This document shows, piece after piece, positions 10,066 to 19,670 of a stretch of DNA of 64,000 nucleotides; position 1 is the first letter of the stretch; the number at the start of each line of letters is the position of its first letter. The notes beneath the pieces were generated by a model that ran no database searches, was not told the origin of the DNA, and saw only the letters and a program-made list of their open reading frames with translations. Position numbers and translations under genes: made by a program. Source of the stretch: an uncultured Acidobacteriota bacterium (lineage in GTDB: Bacteria; Acidobacteriota; UBA6911); contig CAZYXB010000004.1 in assembly GCA_964651155.1 (NCBI GenBank), positions 46,386 to 110,385 of the forward strand, in the 5' to 3' direction.

Positions 10066-11519
10066 TGGACACGAACCGAAAACCATTTTTAAGGCAGTCC
10101 CTGGATTTGCGTCTCAGCCAGAGACTGGCCTTGACCCCCTCGTTGCTTCAAAAAATTGAGCTCCTGCAGCTCAACAAACTGGAGCTGCAGGAGATGCTGA
10201 ATCAGGAGCTGGTCGAGAACCCCATTCTCGAGGAGGTTCTCGAGCAGGAGGAACCAACGGAAATCAACGCGGGGGACCCGTTGGCGGACACCGTGGTTGA
10301 GGCGCCCAGCGGACAGGAAGGGCCCGATTCCTTTGAGGAGATAGATTTTCGCTACTTTTTCGACGAATACCTCGATACGGGGTACAAGAGCCGGGAATAC
10401 GAAGATTCGGAGAAACCGTCCTTTGAAACGTTCCTGACCCAGGCCCCCTCTCTGGAAGAGCATCTGAACTGGCAGCTTGGGCTGTCGGACACCCGGCCTG
10501 AAATCGCCGAAATCGCCCGCATGATCATCGGAAACCTCAACGAAGACGGCTATCTGCTCCTGAGCCTCGAAGAGCTTTGCACGGTTGCCCGATGTACCCC
10601 GGAAAACGCCGCCGAGGCTCTCAAAGTCGTTCAGAACATGGACCCGCTGGGGGTGGGGGCGCGGGATTTGCGCGAGTGCCTTCTTCTGCAGCTCGCCGCC
10701 CTCGACCTCGAGCAGAGCCTGTCCTACAGGATCGTTCAGGACCACCTCGGGCTGCTCGAAGGCCACAAGATCAAGGAAATCGCCTCCAGCACGCACTCGA
10801 CGTTCGATGAAGTGGTGGCGGCCATCGAATGCATCAAGCGCCTGATACCCCGGCCGGGCCTGAAGTTCAGCAACCAGACACCGAATTACGTGCAGCCGGA
10901 AGTGACCATCACGAAGGTGGATGACGAGTTTGTCATTCTCCTCAACGACGAGGGCATGCCGCAGCTGAGGCTGAACGCCAGCTACAGGGACCTTCTGAAA
11001 AGCAACGGCGTCCCCAGCGAAACCAAGACGTACCTGAGGGAGAAATTCCGCTCCGCCGTCGATCTGCTGCGGAGCGTCAATCAGAGGAAGCAGACCATCT
11101 ACAAGGTCTGCGTCTGCATCGTGAACAGGCAGAAGGATTTTCTGGAAAACGGCTTCTCCCATCTGCACCCGATGCTGATCAAGGATGTCGCCGGCGAACT
11201 GGGAGTTCACAGTTCCACCATCAGCCGGGTCGTGACCAATAAATACGTCGATACCCCGCAGGGCGTGATCGAACTGCGGAAGTTCTTCACCATGGGGCTG
11301 GAAAACCAGGATGGCGAAGGTCTATCCATCATCCAGGTCAAGATGAAGATCAAGGCGCTGCTTGAGAACGAGGACAAGCAAAAGCCATACTCGGACAACC
11401 AGCTGGAAAAGCTGCTGCGCCGCGAGAACATCTTCATCAACCGGAGAACGGTGGCCAAATACCGGGAACAGATGCAGATTCCGGGATCGCGCGAACGGAA
11501 AGTCCGATATCTTTTCTAA
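10065..11519 (+). CDS. rpoN: RNA polymerase sigma-54 factor
   Basis: GTG start overlapping the lptB stop. Acidic region I/II, then C-terminal HTH and RpoN box ARRTVAKYREQMQIP. Confidence 0.9.
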   Translation: MDTNRKPFLRQSLDLRLSQRLALTPSLLQKIELLQLNKLELQEMLNQELVENPILEEVLEQEEPTEINAGDPLADTVVEAPSGQEGPDSFEEIDFRYFFDEYLDTGYKSREYEDSEKPSFETFLTQAPSLEEHLNWQLGLSDTRPEIAEIARMIIGNLNEDGYLLLSLEELCTVARCTPENAAEALKVVQNMDPLGVGARDLRECLLLQLAALDLEQSLSYRIVQDHLGLLEGHKIKEIASSTHSTFDEVVAAIECIKRLIPRPGLKFSNQTPNYVQPEVTITKVDDEFVILLNDEGMPQLRLNASYRDLLKSNGVPSETKTYLREKFRSAVDLLRSVNQRKQTIYKVCVCIVNRQKDFLENGFSHLHPMLIKDVAGELGVHSSTISRVVTNKYVDTPQGVIELRKFFTMGLENQDGEGLSIIQVKMKIKALLENEDKQKPYSDNQLEKLLRRENIFINRRTVAKYREQMQIPGSRERKVRYLF

Positions 11520-11581
11520 AAGGTCCCACGCGGCCCCTGCGGGTCCGCCACGGGGATGATGCGGTCAGCGAGGAAGGGACA

Positions 11582-12127
11582 TTGCGTATGGATGTGGAAA
11601 TCACCGGAAGACACATTGTCATCACCCCGGCAATCCGGGCTTATGTGATGAAGCGGCTTCGAAAGTTCGGGAAGGTTCTCGGAGACGACAGCAGCTTTCA
11701 TGTCATCATCGACGCCCAGAAGGGGCTGCAGACGGTCGACATTCTTCTCAAGACAAAATCGATGAAGCTTGCCGGGAAGGGCGAAACCGAAGACATGTAC
11801 GCGTCCATCATCAAGGCGATTGAAAAGATCGAGAGGCAGGCCCTGAAGCACAAGGGGAAAATCGTCGAAGGGAAACGCCGCCCCGTGCAGACGACCTCCG
11901 TCGGGAAGAAAACGGGGGTTGGCCCTAAGAGCGCCCGGCCCGAGGCGGGTGAAGCCGAGGGGATCCAGGAGGAGGCGCTGCACGACAAGCCCATGACCGT
12001 GGAGGAAGCGGCGATCGAGCTCCATCAATCCGCGCTCCCTTTTATCGTATTCAGGAACGTGGAATCCGGGACCGTCCATGTGCTCTACCGGAAGACGGAC
12101 CGTTCCCTCGGGCTGATCCGAACCTGA
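11582..12127 (+). CDS. hpf: Ribosome hibernation promoting factor, long form
   Basis: MRMDVEITGRHIVITPAIRAYV... with S30AE/RaiA N-domain plus C-terminal dimerisation domain. Conserved position after rpoN. Confidence 0.85.
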   Translation: MRMDVEITGRHIVITPAIRAYVMKRLRKFGKVLGDDSSFHVIIDAQKGLQTVDILLKTKSMKLAGKGETEDMYASIIKAIEKIERQALKHKGKIVEGKRRPVQTTSVGKKTGVGPKSARPEAGEAEGIQEEALHDKPMTVEEAAIELHQSALPFIVFRNVESGTVHVLYRKTDRSLGLIRT

Positions 12128-12252
12128 TGCCCGGGAGGGTGCCGGGCTCATGTCCATCGGAATCCCGACCCGAAGAAGGGGTCAGATACGAAGTGGCCGT
12201 AAAACCGGGAGACAATCCAAAACCGAACCAGGGTCCGGCGCACGTCAAGCAC

Positions 12253-13182
12253 GTGCCCGTAGGGGAATTCCTCGAGGCCCGCACCCTGGAGCTTGACCTG
12301 GAACTCGTCGAGGGGCGTGACGGCCTGGACCGGGAGATCCGGTCTCCCCGAGTACAGAAACTTGGGCTGATGCTGGCCAGCTTTTCGGGCGCCGTCGATC
12401 CCGATCGTGTGGTGCTCATCGGGTCGCGCGAGCTCAAGTACCTGGAGCATCTGGATGCCGAGGCGCGCGCGGCCGCCATCGGGCAGCTCGAAAGCCATCC
12501 CATCTGCTGTATCGTCGTCACGAAACGGTCGGCGATCCCTTCGGAGTTGTTGAAGCTTTCGAAGGGGAAGAACATCCCCCTGCTGTGGACCGTGGCCTGC
12601 AGCGCGGTCGCCTCAGCAAAAATATCGGCCTATCTCGAAGGGCGGCTGGCGCCCGAGATGACCATTCACGGGGTTCTGATCGAGATTTTCGGCCTGGGCG
12701 TCCTGGTGCTCGGCCCCTCGGGAATAGGCAAAAGCGAATGCGCCCTGGAGCTCATTCTGAAGGGGCATCGCCTGGTCGCCGACGACTACGTGCATCTGAC
12801 CCGCCACGGGGACGGGCTGATGGGCGAAGGAGGAAAGATCCTGAAGCATCACATGGAGCTTCGGGGGCTCGGCATCGTCAATATCAAGGAGCTTTTCGGG
12901 ATCTCGGCGACCGGGGCTTCTCAGAATGTCGATTTCGTCGTCCGGCTCGACCGCTGGAAGCCGGATGCGGAGTACGACCGGCTCGGTGTGGAGCGCTCCA
13001 CCGTCGATTTCCTGGGCGTATCCAAGCCCGTCATCAGCATCCCGGTGGCTCCCGGCAGGAACGCGGCCACGCTCATCGAGGTGGCTGCAAGGCTCCATCT
13101 GCTGCGCCATCGCGGCTACGCGGCTCCGCTGGAGGAACTGGACAACGGCACCGGCGGGGAACCGGGGAGCCCGGCGGATTGA
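12253..13182 (+). CDS. hprK: HPr kinase/phosphorylase
   Basis: Walker A GPSGIGKSE. Surrounding IHGVLIEIFGLGVLVLGPSGIGKSECALELILKGHRLVADDYV. The ORF track starts at 12127, but HprK homology begins near VKHVPVGEFLE. GTG at 12253 or 12193 chosen as start, which remains uncertain. Confidence 0.75.
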   Translation: MPVGEFLEARTLELDLELVEGRDGLDREIRSPRVQKLGLMLASFSGAVDPDRVVLIGSRELKYLEHLDAEARAAAIGQLESHPICCIVVTKRSAIPSELLKLSKGKNIPLLWTVACSAVASAKISAYLEGRLAPEMTIHGVLIEIFGLGVLVLGPSGIGKSECALELILKGHRLVADDYVHLTRHGDGLMGEGGKILKHHMELRGLGIVNIKELFGISATGASQNVDFVVRLDRWKPDAEYDRLGVERSTVDFLGVSKPVISIPVAPGRNAATLIEVAARLHLLRHRGYAAPLEELDNGTGGEPGSPAD

Positions 13183-13223
13183 TTTCCGGAACCGGAGGCC
13201 TCCGCCGGCAGAGGGTACACGGT

Positions 13224-14087
13224 ATGGCACTGAAGAATTTGGTCATCGTAACGGGGATGAGCGGCTCCGGCAAGGGGACGGTCCTGAAGACGTTCGAGGA
13301 CCTGGGGTTCTTCTGCATCGACAATCTTCCGGTCTCCCTGATCCCGGTCCTGGTCGACGGGATACGGACCGCCGGCGAGGAAATCACCCATGCCGTCCTC
13401 GTTATCGACATACGGGCGGGGGAAAAGCTCCACGACCTGGAGCGGATGCTTCTGGAGCTCCGCCAATCGGCCTTCCACCTCTTCGTTCTCTTCCTGGAGG
13501 CCAGCGACAGCGTGCTGGTGCGCCGGTTCAGCGAGACCCGCCGGCCCCATCCCCTCCGCGGCGGGAAGCTGCTGAGCGACGCGATCCGGGAGGAGCGGGA
13601 GCGCCTGGGGAGTCTGCGCGAGCTGGCCGACGTCACGATCGACACTTCCGGATATACCGTCCATGAAATCAAGGCCCTGGTCCGGGAGCGGTTCCGCAAG
13701 CACGCGCATGCCCCGGCGCTGAACATTCAATTTCTCAGCTTTGGGTACAAGAAAGGCGTGCCTCTCGAGGCGGATCTCATGTTCGACGTCCGCTTCCTGC
13801 CGAATCCCTATTTCATCCCCCGCCTGAGGGACGGGAGCGGGAAGGACAAGCGCATCGCCCGGTACCTCGGGTCCTGCCCCGAATCCGGGGAGTTCATCCG
13901 GCGGACGGGCAATCTTCTGAAATACCTTTTGCCCAAATACATCCGGGAAGGGAAACGCTATCTGACCGTCGCCATCGGCTGCACCGGGGGGCGCCATAGG
14001 TCGGTATACGTGGCCGAGGAGCTGGCGAAGGCTCTAAAGGACACAACACGGTCGATCCACGTGCATCATCGTGATATTAACCAATAA
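13224..14087 (+). CDS. rapZ: RNase adapter protein RapZ (YhbJ)
   Basis: MALKNLVIVTGMSGSGKGT (P-loop), then CIDNLP. Conserved position after hprK. The long upstream ORF extension (12585) is out of context and rejected. Confidence 0.85.
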   Translation: MALKNLVIVTGMSGSGKGTVLKTFEDLGFFCIDNLPVSLIPVLVDGIRTAGEEITHAVLVIDIRAGEKLHDLERMLLELRQSAFHLFVLFLEASDSVLVRRFSETRRPHPLRGGKLLSDAIREERERLGSLRELADVTIDTSGYTVHEIKALVRERFRKHAHAPALNIQFLSFGYKKGVPLEADLMFDVRFLPNPYFIPRLRDGSGKDKRIARYLGSCPESGEFIRRTGNLLKYLLPKYIREGKRYLTVAIGCTGGRHRSVYVAEELAKALKDTTRSIHVHHRDINQ

Positions 14088-14104
14088 GGTGTGAGGAGAG
14101 CCGT

Positions 14105-14503
14105 ATGATCGGAGCATTGGTTGTGACGCACGGGCACCTGGGGCGCGAACTGGTCGCCGCGGCCGAGATGATCGTGGGGGAAATCTCCCATATCCAGGCC
14201 GTTTCGGTCGGCTGGCACGACGACGTCAACGACGCCAGGAGCGACATAGAGAAACGCATTGAAGATGTTGAAAGCGGCCGAGGCGTGATCATTTTCACCG
14301 ACATGTTCGGCGGCACTCCATCGAACATCGCCTTTTCCTTCCACGACCCCGGCAGAGTGGAAATCATAACCGGCGTCAACCTTCCCATGATCATCAAGAT
14401 CGCGAGCCAGAAGGAGGGCGAATCGATCGACGCGCTCGCCCGCGTCGTCCGCGAGCAGGGGCGGTCGAGCATTTCAACCGCCAGCGAGTTCCTTGCCATA
14501 TGA
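14105..14503 (+). CDS. PTS EIIA component, mannose family
   Basis: MIGALVVTHGHLGRELV...IIFTDMFGGTPSN matches the EIIA-Man fold with its phosphorylatable His near the N-terminus. Confidence 0.75.
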   Translation: MIGALVVTHGHLGRELVAAAEMIVGEISHIQAVSVGWHDDVNDARSDIEKRIEDVESGRGVIIFTDMFGGTPSNIAFSFHDPGRVEIITGVNLPMIIKIASQKEGESIDALARVVREQGRSSISTASEFLAI

Positions 14504-14775
14504 TTCAGATTTCAGTCGAAGTGGAAAACAGGCTCGGGTTGCACGCACGCGCAGCGGCGAAACTGGTTCAGACCGCATCCCGCTTTTCCAGCGACATCCA
14601 CCTGTCCCGCGCCGATGCCAACCAGCGGATAGACTCCAAGAGCATCCTCGGGATCCTGATGCTGGCGGCGTCGAAGGGGACCTGCCTGGCCTTTTCCATT
14701 GAAGGCAGCGATGAAGCGGAGGCGGAAAAGGCCATCCGCGGGCTTTTCAGGTCGAAGTTCGGGGAAAGGGAGTAG
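14500..14775 (+). CDS. ptsH: Phosphocarrier protein HPr
   Basis: VENRLGLHARAAAKLV contains the active-site His in the GLHAR motif. 91 aa. ATGA overlap with the upstream gene. Confidence 0.85.
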   Translation: MIQISVEVENRLGLHARAAAKLVQTASRFSSDIHLSRADANQRIDSKSILGILMLAASKGTCLAFSIEGSDEAEAEKAIRGLFRSKFGERE

Positions 14776-14869
14776 GCCGCGGGGCGTCCAGGGCGCGTCG
14801 CCGCCCGGTATCGCCGGCATCGAGGGCCCCGCTTCACGGTGAAAGGGCCCGGGAATCCAAGGTAGAGAA

Positions 14870-16672
14870 ATGGCAGAAAAACCGGAAAAGATATTCCAAG
14901 GAAGCGGTGTTTCCCCGGGCGTGGTTTTCGGGCAGGCCCTGAAGCTTGACAAGCGCAACAGGGCCATCGTCCGGATGCATGTGGACGATGTCGAGGGGGA
15001 GGTGCACCGGTTCTTGCTGGCGGTCAAGCAGTCCAAGGAACAGCTGTCGGTTCTGAAACGCCGGCTGGAACAGAAGATCGGCAGGGAACACAGCGTCATA
15101 CTGGACACGCATATCATGATTCTTGAGGACCGGACGCTGCAGGATGCGATCCTCGAAAGCATACGGAAGAACCAGGAGAATCCGGAGTGGGCCGTCACGC
15201 AGGCGATGGAGCGAATCATTCACGCCTATGAATCCCTCGAAGACGACTATTTCCGTGAAAGGCACAACGATATTGCCGATGTCATGGAGCGCATACTCCT
15301 GAACCTGTCCGGAGACCGCCCGTTCAACTGGGAACCGCTCCCCGGGGATTTGATCATCGTCGCCCTCGATGTAAACCCCTCGGCATTCGCCAACATGGAC
15401 ATGCAGAAGGTGCGCGGGCTGGCGCTCGAGTCCGGAGGGAGGACCTCGCACACGGCCATCATCAGCAGGGGGCTGCGGCTGCCGGCCGTCATGGGCATCC
15501 GGGGCATTCTGTCGGAGGTCCGCACCGGCGACGCCCTCCTCGTCGACGGGGACAACGGCCAGGTGGTCGTGCATCCCTCCCGGGGGCGCATGCAGAAGAT
15601 GCGCGGCCGGCTCGAAGAGTTCGGGACAACGGCCGAGAACACCATCGCGAAATCCGGTTTTTCGACGCGGACGAAAGACGGCACGCAGATATCGCTGCGG
15701 GCCAACACCGAGCTCCCCTACGAACTGGAGGCGGCCAAAAAGTGCGGGGCGGAGGGGATCGGACTGTTCCGCTCCGAGCTCCTTTTCTTCGGGCATCCTA
15801 GGGGCCTTCCGTCGATCGAGGAGCAGCATACGGCCTACCGGCTGCTCGCCCGGGAGATGAAGCCGTACCCGGTGGCTATTCGAACGCTCGATGCCGGATC
15901 TGAAAAAGTGTTCGACCGCGAGGAATTGCCCGAATGCGGCAACTCGTCCATGGGGTTGAGGGGCATCCGGTTGAGCCTGAAAGTGAAAGACGTCTTCCGC
16001 GCGCAGATCGAGGCGATTCTCCGGTCCAACAGCGACGGGAACATCGAGATCGTGCTGCCGATGGTTTCGACGGTCGAGGAGATATGGCAGACGAAAGCCC
16101 TCATCTCCGAGGTGCGGGCCGAGATCCTGAAAACCCCCGGCATTGCCTACATCGACGTGCCGATCGGCGTCATGGTTGAAGTGCCTGCCGCGGTATTTTC
16201 GCTGGAGGTTCTGGCCAAGGAGGTCGATTTCCTGTGCGTGGGCACCAACGATCTGATCCAGTACCTGCTGGCCGTCGACCGGGAGAACCCGCATGTCGCC
16301 TACCTGTTCCAGCCCCTGCATCCGACCGTGCTGCAATGCCTGTCGCGCATCGCCAGGGTGGCCAACAAAATGAACAAGCCCGTCCGGATCTGCGGGGAGA
16401 TCTCCTCCAACCCGTTTTTCGCGGTGCTGCTTATCGGGATGGGATTCAAGCAGCTCAGCATGAACCCCCTCGCCATCCCCGCGATACGGAAGGTTCTGCA
16501 CGAGGTGTCGATTCAGGATTCGCGAAAGATAGCGGCAAAAGCGCTCAGGTTCCATACGGCCCATGAAGTCTTCCTATATCTCACGGGCGCTGTATCGAAG
16601 CTCACCAGGACCGACCTTTCCGATTACGCGCACGAGCTTGCCGCGCCGAACGGGAATTTCCCCAAGTCCTGA
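14870..16672 (+). CDS. ptsI: Phosphoenolpyruvate-protein phosphotransferase (PTS Enzyme I)
   Basis: 600 aa. N-terminal HPr-binding domain, PEP-utilising His domain (GGRTSHTAII) and C-terminal PEP-binding TIM barrel. Confidence 0.9.
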   Translation: MAEKPEKIFQGSGVSPGVVFGQALKLDKRNRAIVRMHVDDVEGEVHRFLLAVKQSKEQLSVLKRRLEQKIGREHSVILDTHIMILEDRTLQDAILESIRKNQENPEWAVTQAMERIIHAYESLEDDYFRERHNDIADVMERILLNLSGDRPFNWEPLPGDLIIVALDVNPSAFANMDMQKVRGLALESGGRTSHTAIISRGLRLPAVMGIRGILSEVRTGDALLVDGDNGQVVVHPSRGRMQKMRGRLEEFGTTAENTIAKSGFSTRTKDGTQISLRANTELPYELEAAKKCGAEGIGLFRSELLFFGHPRGLPSIEEQHTAYRLLAREMKPYPVAIRTLDAGSEKVFDREELPECGNSSMGLRGIRLSLKVKDVFRAQIEAILRSNSDGNIEIVLPMVSTVEEIWQTKALISEVRAEILKTPGIAYIDVPIGVMVEVPAAVFSLEVLAKEVDFLCVGTNDLIQYLLAVDRENPHVAYLFQPLHPTVLQCLSRIARVANKMNKPVRICGEISSNPFFAVLLIGMGFKQLSMNPLAIPAIRKVLHEVSIQDSRKIAAKALRFHTAHEVFLYLTGAVSKLTRTDLSDYAHELAAPNGNFPKS

Positions 16673-16698
16673 AACGGCCGGTCCGTTCTTTTCTGATA
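16672..16698 (+). terminator. Putative intrinsic terminator after ptsI
   Basis: Sequence aacggccggtccgtt is a GC stem, followed by cttttct. Confidence 0.45.
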
Positions 16699-16775
16699 CT
16701 TTTCCCGCTGCGGGGCATCTCATCCCATAGCGACATAGGGAAACGCAGGAGGTACTACAAGGGAGGGTATTCATC

Positions 16776-18866
16776 ATGGCACGCTATATAGTCTCGATCA
16801 TGTTAGCCCTGTCTATAGCGAATGTGCACGCCTGGGCCGATTCTGCAGACGATGACTACAACCGCCTCGCGCGCGTCGCCTACATGGAGGGTCCCGTGAG
16901 CTTCCAGGGCGCCGGCGACGTCGACTGGAGCGCAGCGGCGGTCAATTTCCCGTTGCAGCCGGGAGACAGGCTGTATACGGGGCTCAAGGGGCGGGCCGAG
17001 ATTGAATTCGACGACGGCTCCGTGTTGCGCCTGGCCGAGGGTACGGACATCCAGATCCTATCGCTCAGGGAAGACCTCATCCAGATACGCATCCTGACCG
17101 GCCTTTCCTCCCTGATGGTTTCCAGCAACCTTGAATTCGAGGTGGATACCCCTGCGGCGGCCTTCGTCATGCTGCGCGAGGGCTCCTACCGGTTCGAAGC
17201 GGACGACGGAGGCGATACCAGCGCCATTGTGCGCAAGGGGGAAATGGAGGCGATCAGCCACCGTTTTGTCCGCAGGGTCCGTGCGGGCGACCGGATCCTG
17301 GTGACCGCGGATCCGAACAGCACCTACCAGTTTTCCAGTCACTACGGACGGGACGCGTGGGATGAATGGAACGATCGCCGGAACGTCGACAGGATCGTGC
17401 ACGGCAGCCGGCAGTACGTGCCCGACAGCGTCTATGTCGGGGTTTCCGACCTGGATAGGCATGGAAGGTGGGTGACCGTGGAGTCCTACGGGGCTGCGTG
17501 GATTCCATTCTCGGTCGGCGTCTCCTGGTCCCCTTACACGGTCGGCCGATGGTGCTACCGGCCGGTGTGGGGGTGGACCTGGGTTTCCTATGAGTCCTGG
17601 GGCTGGCTCCCGTATCATTACGGCAGATGGTACCGCAGCGCGAACTACGGATGGTGCTGGCTGCCGGGGCCGTCGTTTTCCTTTGATTTCTGGTCCCCCG
17701 GCCTGGTCACCTTCTACCATGGCCCCTCCTGGGTATCCTGGTGCCCTCTGGGCCCGGGCGACTACTACAGCATCAACAATTACTACTACAACGCCAGGGT
17801 GCACCGCCATCGCCTGGGCGATCTGAGGAAACTGCACAGCAGGCCCGCCGGGGATCCTTTCAACCGGCATGTCCGCGACGCGTTCCGGACCGTGCATCTG
17901 GATCACTTCCGGGACGGGCGTTCCCGCGCTGTTGCGACCGACCAAGGGTATGCGAGGATAGAGAAACCCTGGGAACGGGGAACCCTGGTTCGGGAGCGGC
18001 TTGCCGTCGAGCCGACTAAGATGAGCTTCAACCCCGATCCCGGCCGTCAGGTGGTGCGTTCGAAGGTCGTGAACCCGAAACCCGCAGTGGTCTATTCCAG
18101 CCCGAACACCAGGGTCAACAGAAGCGACGCCTACGTGCGGATTCGCGACAGTGAGATCACCGCGCAGGCGGGGCGCAGTATAGCGCACGCCCGGAGTACG
18201 GCTCCGTCCGCCGGCGGGCGTGCCCCCGGTTCCGCCAGGGCCGGAGTCCGGGAGGATGCCGGACAAACGGTTCGCAGCCCTGTGCAGAAGAACCCGGATG
18301 CCCGGGGCGCCGAAGAGCGGGCAGGGCGGGCGACCGACTCCCCCGACGCCCGGAGCCCCCGAGCGGACATTCGCCGGGAACCCGGGAATCCCGCCGGGAA
18401 TCGCCCCCAATCCCAGCCGGCCTCGGAGATGCCGTCGCGGGATAGCCGGGACCGCGATTCCGCGCGGAGCCGCCCCGAGACCCCCGCCAGGCAGTCTGTC
18501 GAGCGTCCCACGACGCAACGGGCGGTAGACTCACGGGATTCCTCCAACGGCAGTTCCGGGAGCGGCCTCAACCGGCCGGCGATCCCGAGCGGGCGAGACG
18601 CGGGACCCACGCAACGGGAGGGCGTCGGCGGCGTCAGGTCGTATGCGCGACCGGCCGCGCCTTCCTACAGTATCGTCCGCCCGCCGACGGCAAGCAGCCG
18701 ATCGCGTGTCGCAACCCCCCCGGCTTCATCGGGCGGGATCCGCTCTGATCGGTCCCCGGCTTCCGGGCGCGGCTCAAGGAGCGCAGCCCGGCCGTCGGCC
18801 CCCTCGCGGGGCAGCTCCCCAGGGGAACCCGACAGCGCGCGCAAGGCCGTCAAACGCGGCAAATGA
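16776..18866 (+). CDS. Secreted FecR-domain protein with a Trp/Tyr-rich repeat region and a roughly 250-aa Arg/Ser/Pro-rich disordered C-terminal tail
   Basis: Signal peptide MARYIVSIMLALSIANVHA. FecR-like LQPGDRLYTGLKGRAEIEFDDGSVLRLAEGTDIQI. W-rich block WVSYESWGWLPYHYGRWYRSANYGWCWLPG. Tail rich in RS/RD/SP dipeptides. Confidence 0.6.
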   Translation: MARYIVSIMLALSIANVHAWADSADDDYNRLARVAYMEGPVSFQGAGDVDWSAAAVNFPLQPGDRLYTGLKGRAEIEFDDGSVLRLAEGTDIQILSLREDLIQIRILTGLSSLMVSSNLEFEVDTPAAAFVMLREGSYRFEADDGGDTSAIVRKGEMEAISHRFVRRVRAGDRILVTADPNSTYQFSSHYGRDAWDEWNDRRNVDRIVHGSRQYVPDSVYVGVSDLDRHGRWVTVESYGAAWIPFSVGVSWSPYTVGRWCYRPVWGWTWVSYESWGWLPYHYGRWYRSANYGWCWLPGPSFSFDFWSPGLVTFYHGPSWVSWCPLGPGDYYSINNYYYNARVHRHRLGDLRKLHSRPAGDPFNRHVRDAFRTVHLDHFRDGRSRAVATDQGYARIEKPWERGTLVRERLAVEPTKMSFNPDPGRQVVRSKVVNPKPAVVYSSPNTRVNRSDAYVRIRDSEITAQAGRSIAHARSTAPSAGGRAPGSARAGVREDAGQTVRSPVQKNPDARGAEERAGRATDSPDARSPRADIRREPGNPAGNRPQSQPASEMPSRDSRDRDSARSRPETPARQSVERPTTQRAVDSRDSSNGSSGSGLNRPAIPSGRDAGPTQREGVGGVRSYARPAAPSYSIVRPPTASSRSRVATPPASSGGIRSDRSPASGRGSRSAARPSAPSRGSSPGEPDSARKAVKRGK

Positions 18867-19070
18867 TTCGTGCCCGGCTGCATCCGCCGGAACCTCAATG
18901 GCGGCGGGTGCAGCCAGAGGCTTTCTTTCCTCCTCCCGAAATATCCCGGCATGGTGTATAACGAGGGCAATGCGGCCCGCAGGGAAGGGGTATATACTGC
19001 GGGCTTCCGGGTCCTTGCGGCATCCGGCTGCGGGCCGGCCATAGAAGGATCAAGACGGGGATGGCATGTC

Positions 19071-19670
19071 ATGGATCATAGGGCGGAACTAGTCCGGGAA
19101 AGAATACGCGATTCCATCAGCATGAAGCGGCGGCTCCAGGAGGACGCGACGATGACAGCGTTGGTTTTGCGGGCCGCCGACGTCATGTCGCAGGCGCTCG
19201 AGCGGGGGGGGCGCGTGCTGTTCTGCGGCAACGGAGGGAGTGCCGCGGATGCCCAGCATTTTGCGGCCGAACTGTGCGGGAGGTTCCTTGCCGACCGGGA
19301 GCCTTTGGATGCCGAGGCGCTGCACGTCAACACCTCCTGCATCACAGCCGTGGCCAACGATTACGGTTACGAGGAGGTGTATGCGAGGCTTGTGCGCGCC
19401 AAGGGGCGCCCCGGGGATGTTCTTGTCGGGCTATCCACGTCCGGGAACTCGCCCAATGTTGTGCGGGCGTTCGAAGCGGCGCACTCTGCGGCACTGTCCA
19501 CCATCGGACTGACCGGGGAGGGTGGCGGGGCCCTGGCAGGTCTGAGCGACGTGCTGATCGCCATTCCTTCCCGATCCGCGCCGCGCATCCAGGAGGGGCA
19601 CCTTCTGGTGGGCCATATCCTGTGCGAACTGGTCGAAACGGCATGCGGCTCCAGGGGCGGAAGGGAATGA
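19071..19670 (+). CDS. gmhA: Phosphoheptose isomerase (SIS domain)
   Basis: LFCGNGGSAADAQHFAAEL...VLVGLSTSGNSPNV. Start ATG at 19071, in frame with ORF 18870. Confidence 0.85.
   Translation: MDHRAELVRERIRDSISMKRRLQEDATMTALVLRAADVMSQALERGGRVLFCGNGGSAADAQHFAAELCGRFLADREPLDAEALHVNTSCITAVANDYGYEEVYARLVRAKGRPGDVLVGLSTSGNSPNVVRAFEAAHSAALSTIGLTGEGGGALAGLSDVLIAIPSRSAPRIQEGHLLVGHILCELVETACGSRGGRE

Noticed and set aside
12585-14087. 500-aa ORF extending rapZ 640 nt upstream through hprK
   Set aside because: The upstream part overlaps hprK in another frame and is Arg/Gly-rich. RapZ homology begins at the ATG at 13224.
14834-16564. 576-aa ORF on the minus strand opposite ptsI
   Set aside because: Antisense to a confidently identified ptsI. 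High-GC genomes generate long stop-free antisense frames. No domain-like sequence.
17058-18518. 486-aa minus-strand ORF opposite the FecR-domain gene
   Set aside because: Low-complexity Gly/Arg/Pro-rich translation typical of antisense high-GC artefacts. The plus-strand gene has signal peptide and domain evidence.
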